From: a virus
Lineage: Duplodnaviria; Caudoviricetes
Virus record (IMG/VR): IMGVR_UViG_3300032007_000060
Coordinates: 1 to 64,000 of that record
DNA: 64,000 nt
Reading direction: 5' to 3' (one strand)
Shown piece by piece: positions 63,359 to 64,000 of the stretch (its first letter is position 1; the number at the start of each line of letters is the position of its first letter). Below the pieces are notes generated by a model that was not told the origin of the DNA, searched no databases, and worked only from the letters and a program-made list of their open reading frames with translations. Made by a program: the position numbers and the translations under genes.

Positions 63359-63991
63359 TTAACAATCTGGTTTTTTACCATTTTTAACATCCCAGTTCCC
63401 ACCACGGGAATTACATGCTCTGCGGTCTCCTTCAGCATACCATATTGTATTCCAATCTGAACCAGACCCTGTTTGGTCACTCGCATAGATTTTACCATCA
63501 ATTTCAATAAGAGTCCAGAAATGGCCGTTAGCATGAGACCTATGTACAACATAACATTTCAATCCTGCAGATGCCATCATTGCACGGGTTAATCTTGCAG
63601 TATCAGCACAATTAATAGCATGTTTGTGTTTTAAACATTCCTCAGCAGAATGATATCTTGAACATGGATATCCTTCGTATCTGACATTCGCTTTTAACCA
63701 TTCGTGAACGAGTTTTGCTTTCTCTAACTCATTGGTTTCACTACCCACAATATTAGCAACGAGCTCATCAATTGTTTTACCTTCCCCTCCAGCAAGGCCA
63801 CTATTACTGCCTGTTTTTTTATTACTGCTTCCACTACTGGAAATATTGCTAAAGTCACATACATCATCAACAAGACCAGTTACATCAACTTTAGCTTTTA
63901 AACCACTTGCTTTAATAATTTCTTTAATGATTTTAGAGCGTTTGGTTTTTTTAAAACTGAATTTCTTTTCCACATCAAGCAAGACATTCAT
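63359..63991 (-). CDS. Transglutaminase-like (PeiW/PeiP-type) cysteine peptidase, likely tail-associated; 5' end may lie outside the window
   Basis: VHEWLKANVRY, INCADTARL (Cys), GHFW (His), ASD (Asp); the frame stays open to the window edge. Confidence 0.8.
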   Translation of the reverse strand: MNVLLDVEKKFSFKKTKRSKIIKEIIKASGLKAKVDVTGLVDDVCDFSNISSSGSSNKKTGSNSGLAGGEGKTIDELVANIVGSETNELEKAKLVHEWLKANVRYEGYPCSRYHSAEECLKHKHAINCADTARLTRAMMASAGLKCYVVHRSHANGHFWTLIEIDGKIYASDQTGSGSDWNTIWYAEGDRRACNSRGGNWDVKNGKKPDC

Positions 63992-64000
63992 TCCACTAAT

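Overview
AT-rich segment of a large tailed (contractile-tail, myovirus-like) archaeal virus or provirus, most likely of a Methanobacteriales host. The host inference rests on PCNA, a TFB-like zinc ribbon, archaeal-type thymidylate synthase, pseudomurein-type endopeptidases and Methanobrevibacter-style adhesin/integrase proteins. Almost all genes are on the minus strand. From right to left: baseplate/tail genes (52.6-64 kb) with two independent DNA-inversion systems for receptor-binding domains (a 6-cassette shufflon at 50.0-52.1 kb and a 2-state switch at 56.3-57.25 kb); a C39-type lysin; two divergent tyrosine recombinases with structured non-coding DNA; a candidate rod-shaped ncRNA; a secreted Ig-like protein; an HsdR-N protein; an AbrB-type switch; and a long early/middle region. 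That region holds an annealing protein, a helicase with an iteron-rich putative origin, an AcrIII-1-like protein, ThyA, many small ORFs, two tRNAs directly fused to a type IV-B CRISPR-Cas effector operon (csf1-cas11-csf2-csf3-cas6-cysH, no array, no cas1/2), an HNH-AP2-integrase fusion, PCNA, an ERCC4 nuclease, dCTP deaminase, a proteasome-type peptidase and a possibly split TFB. No capsid, terminase, DNA polymerase or att site is visible. All family assignments are from motif recognition by eye, not database searches.
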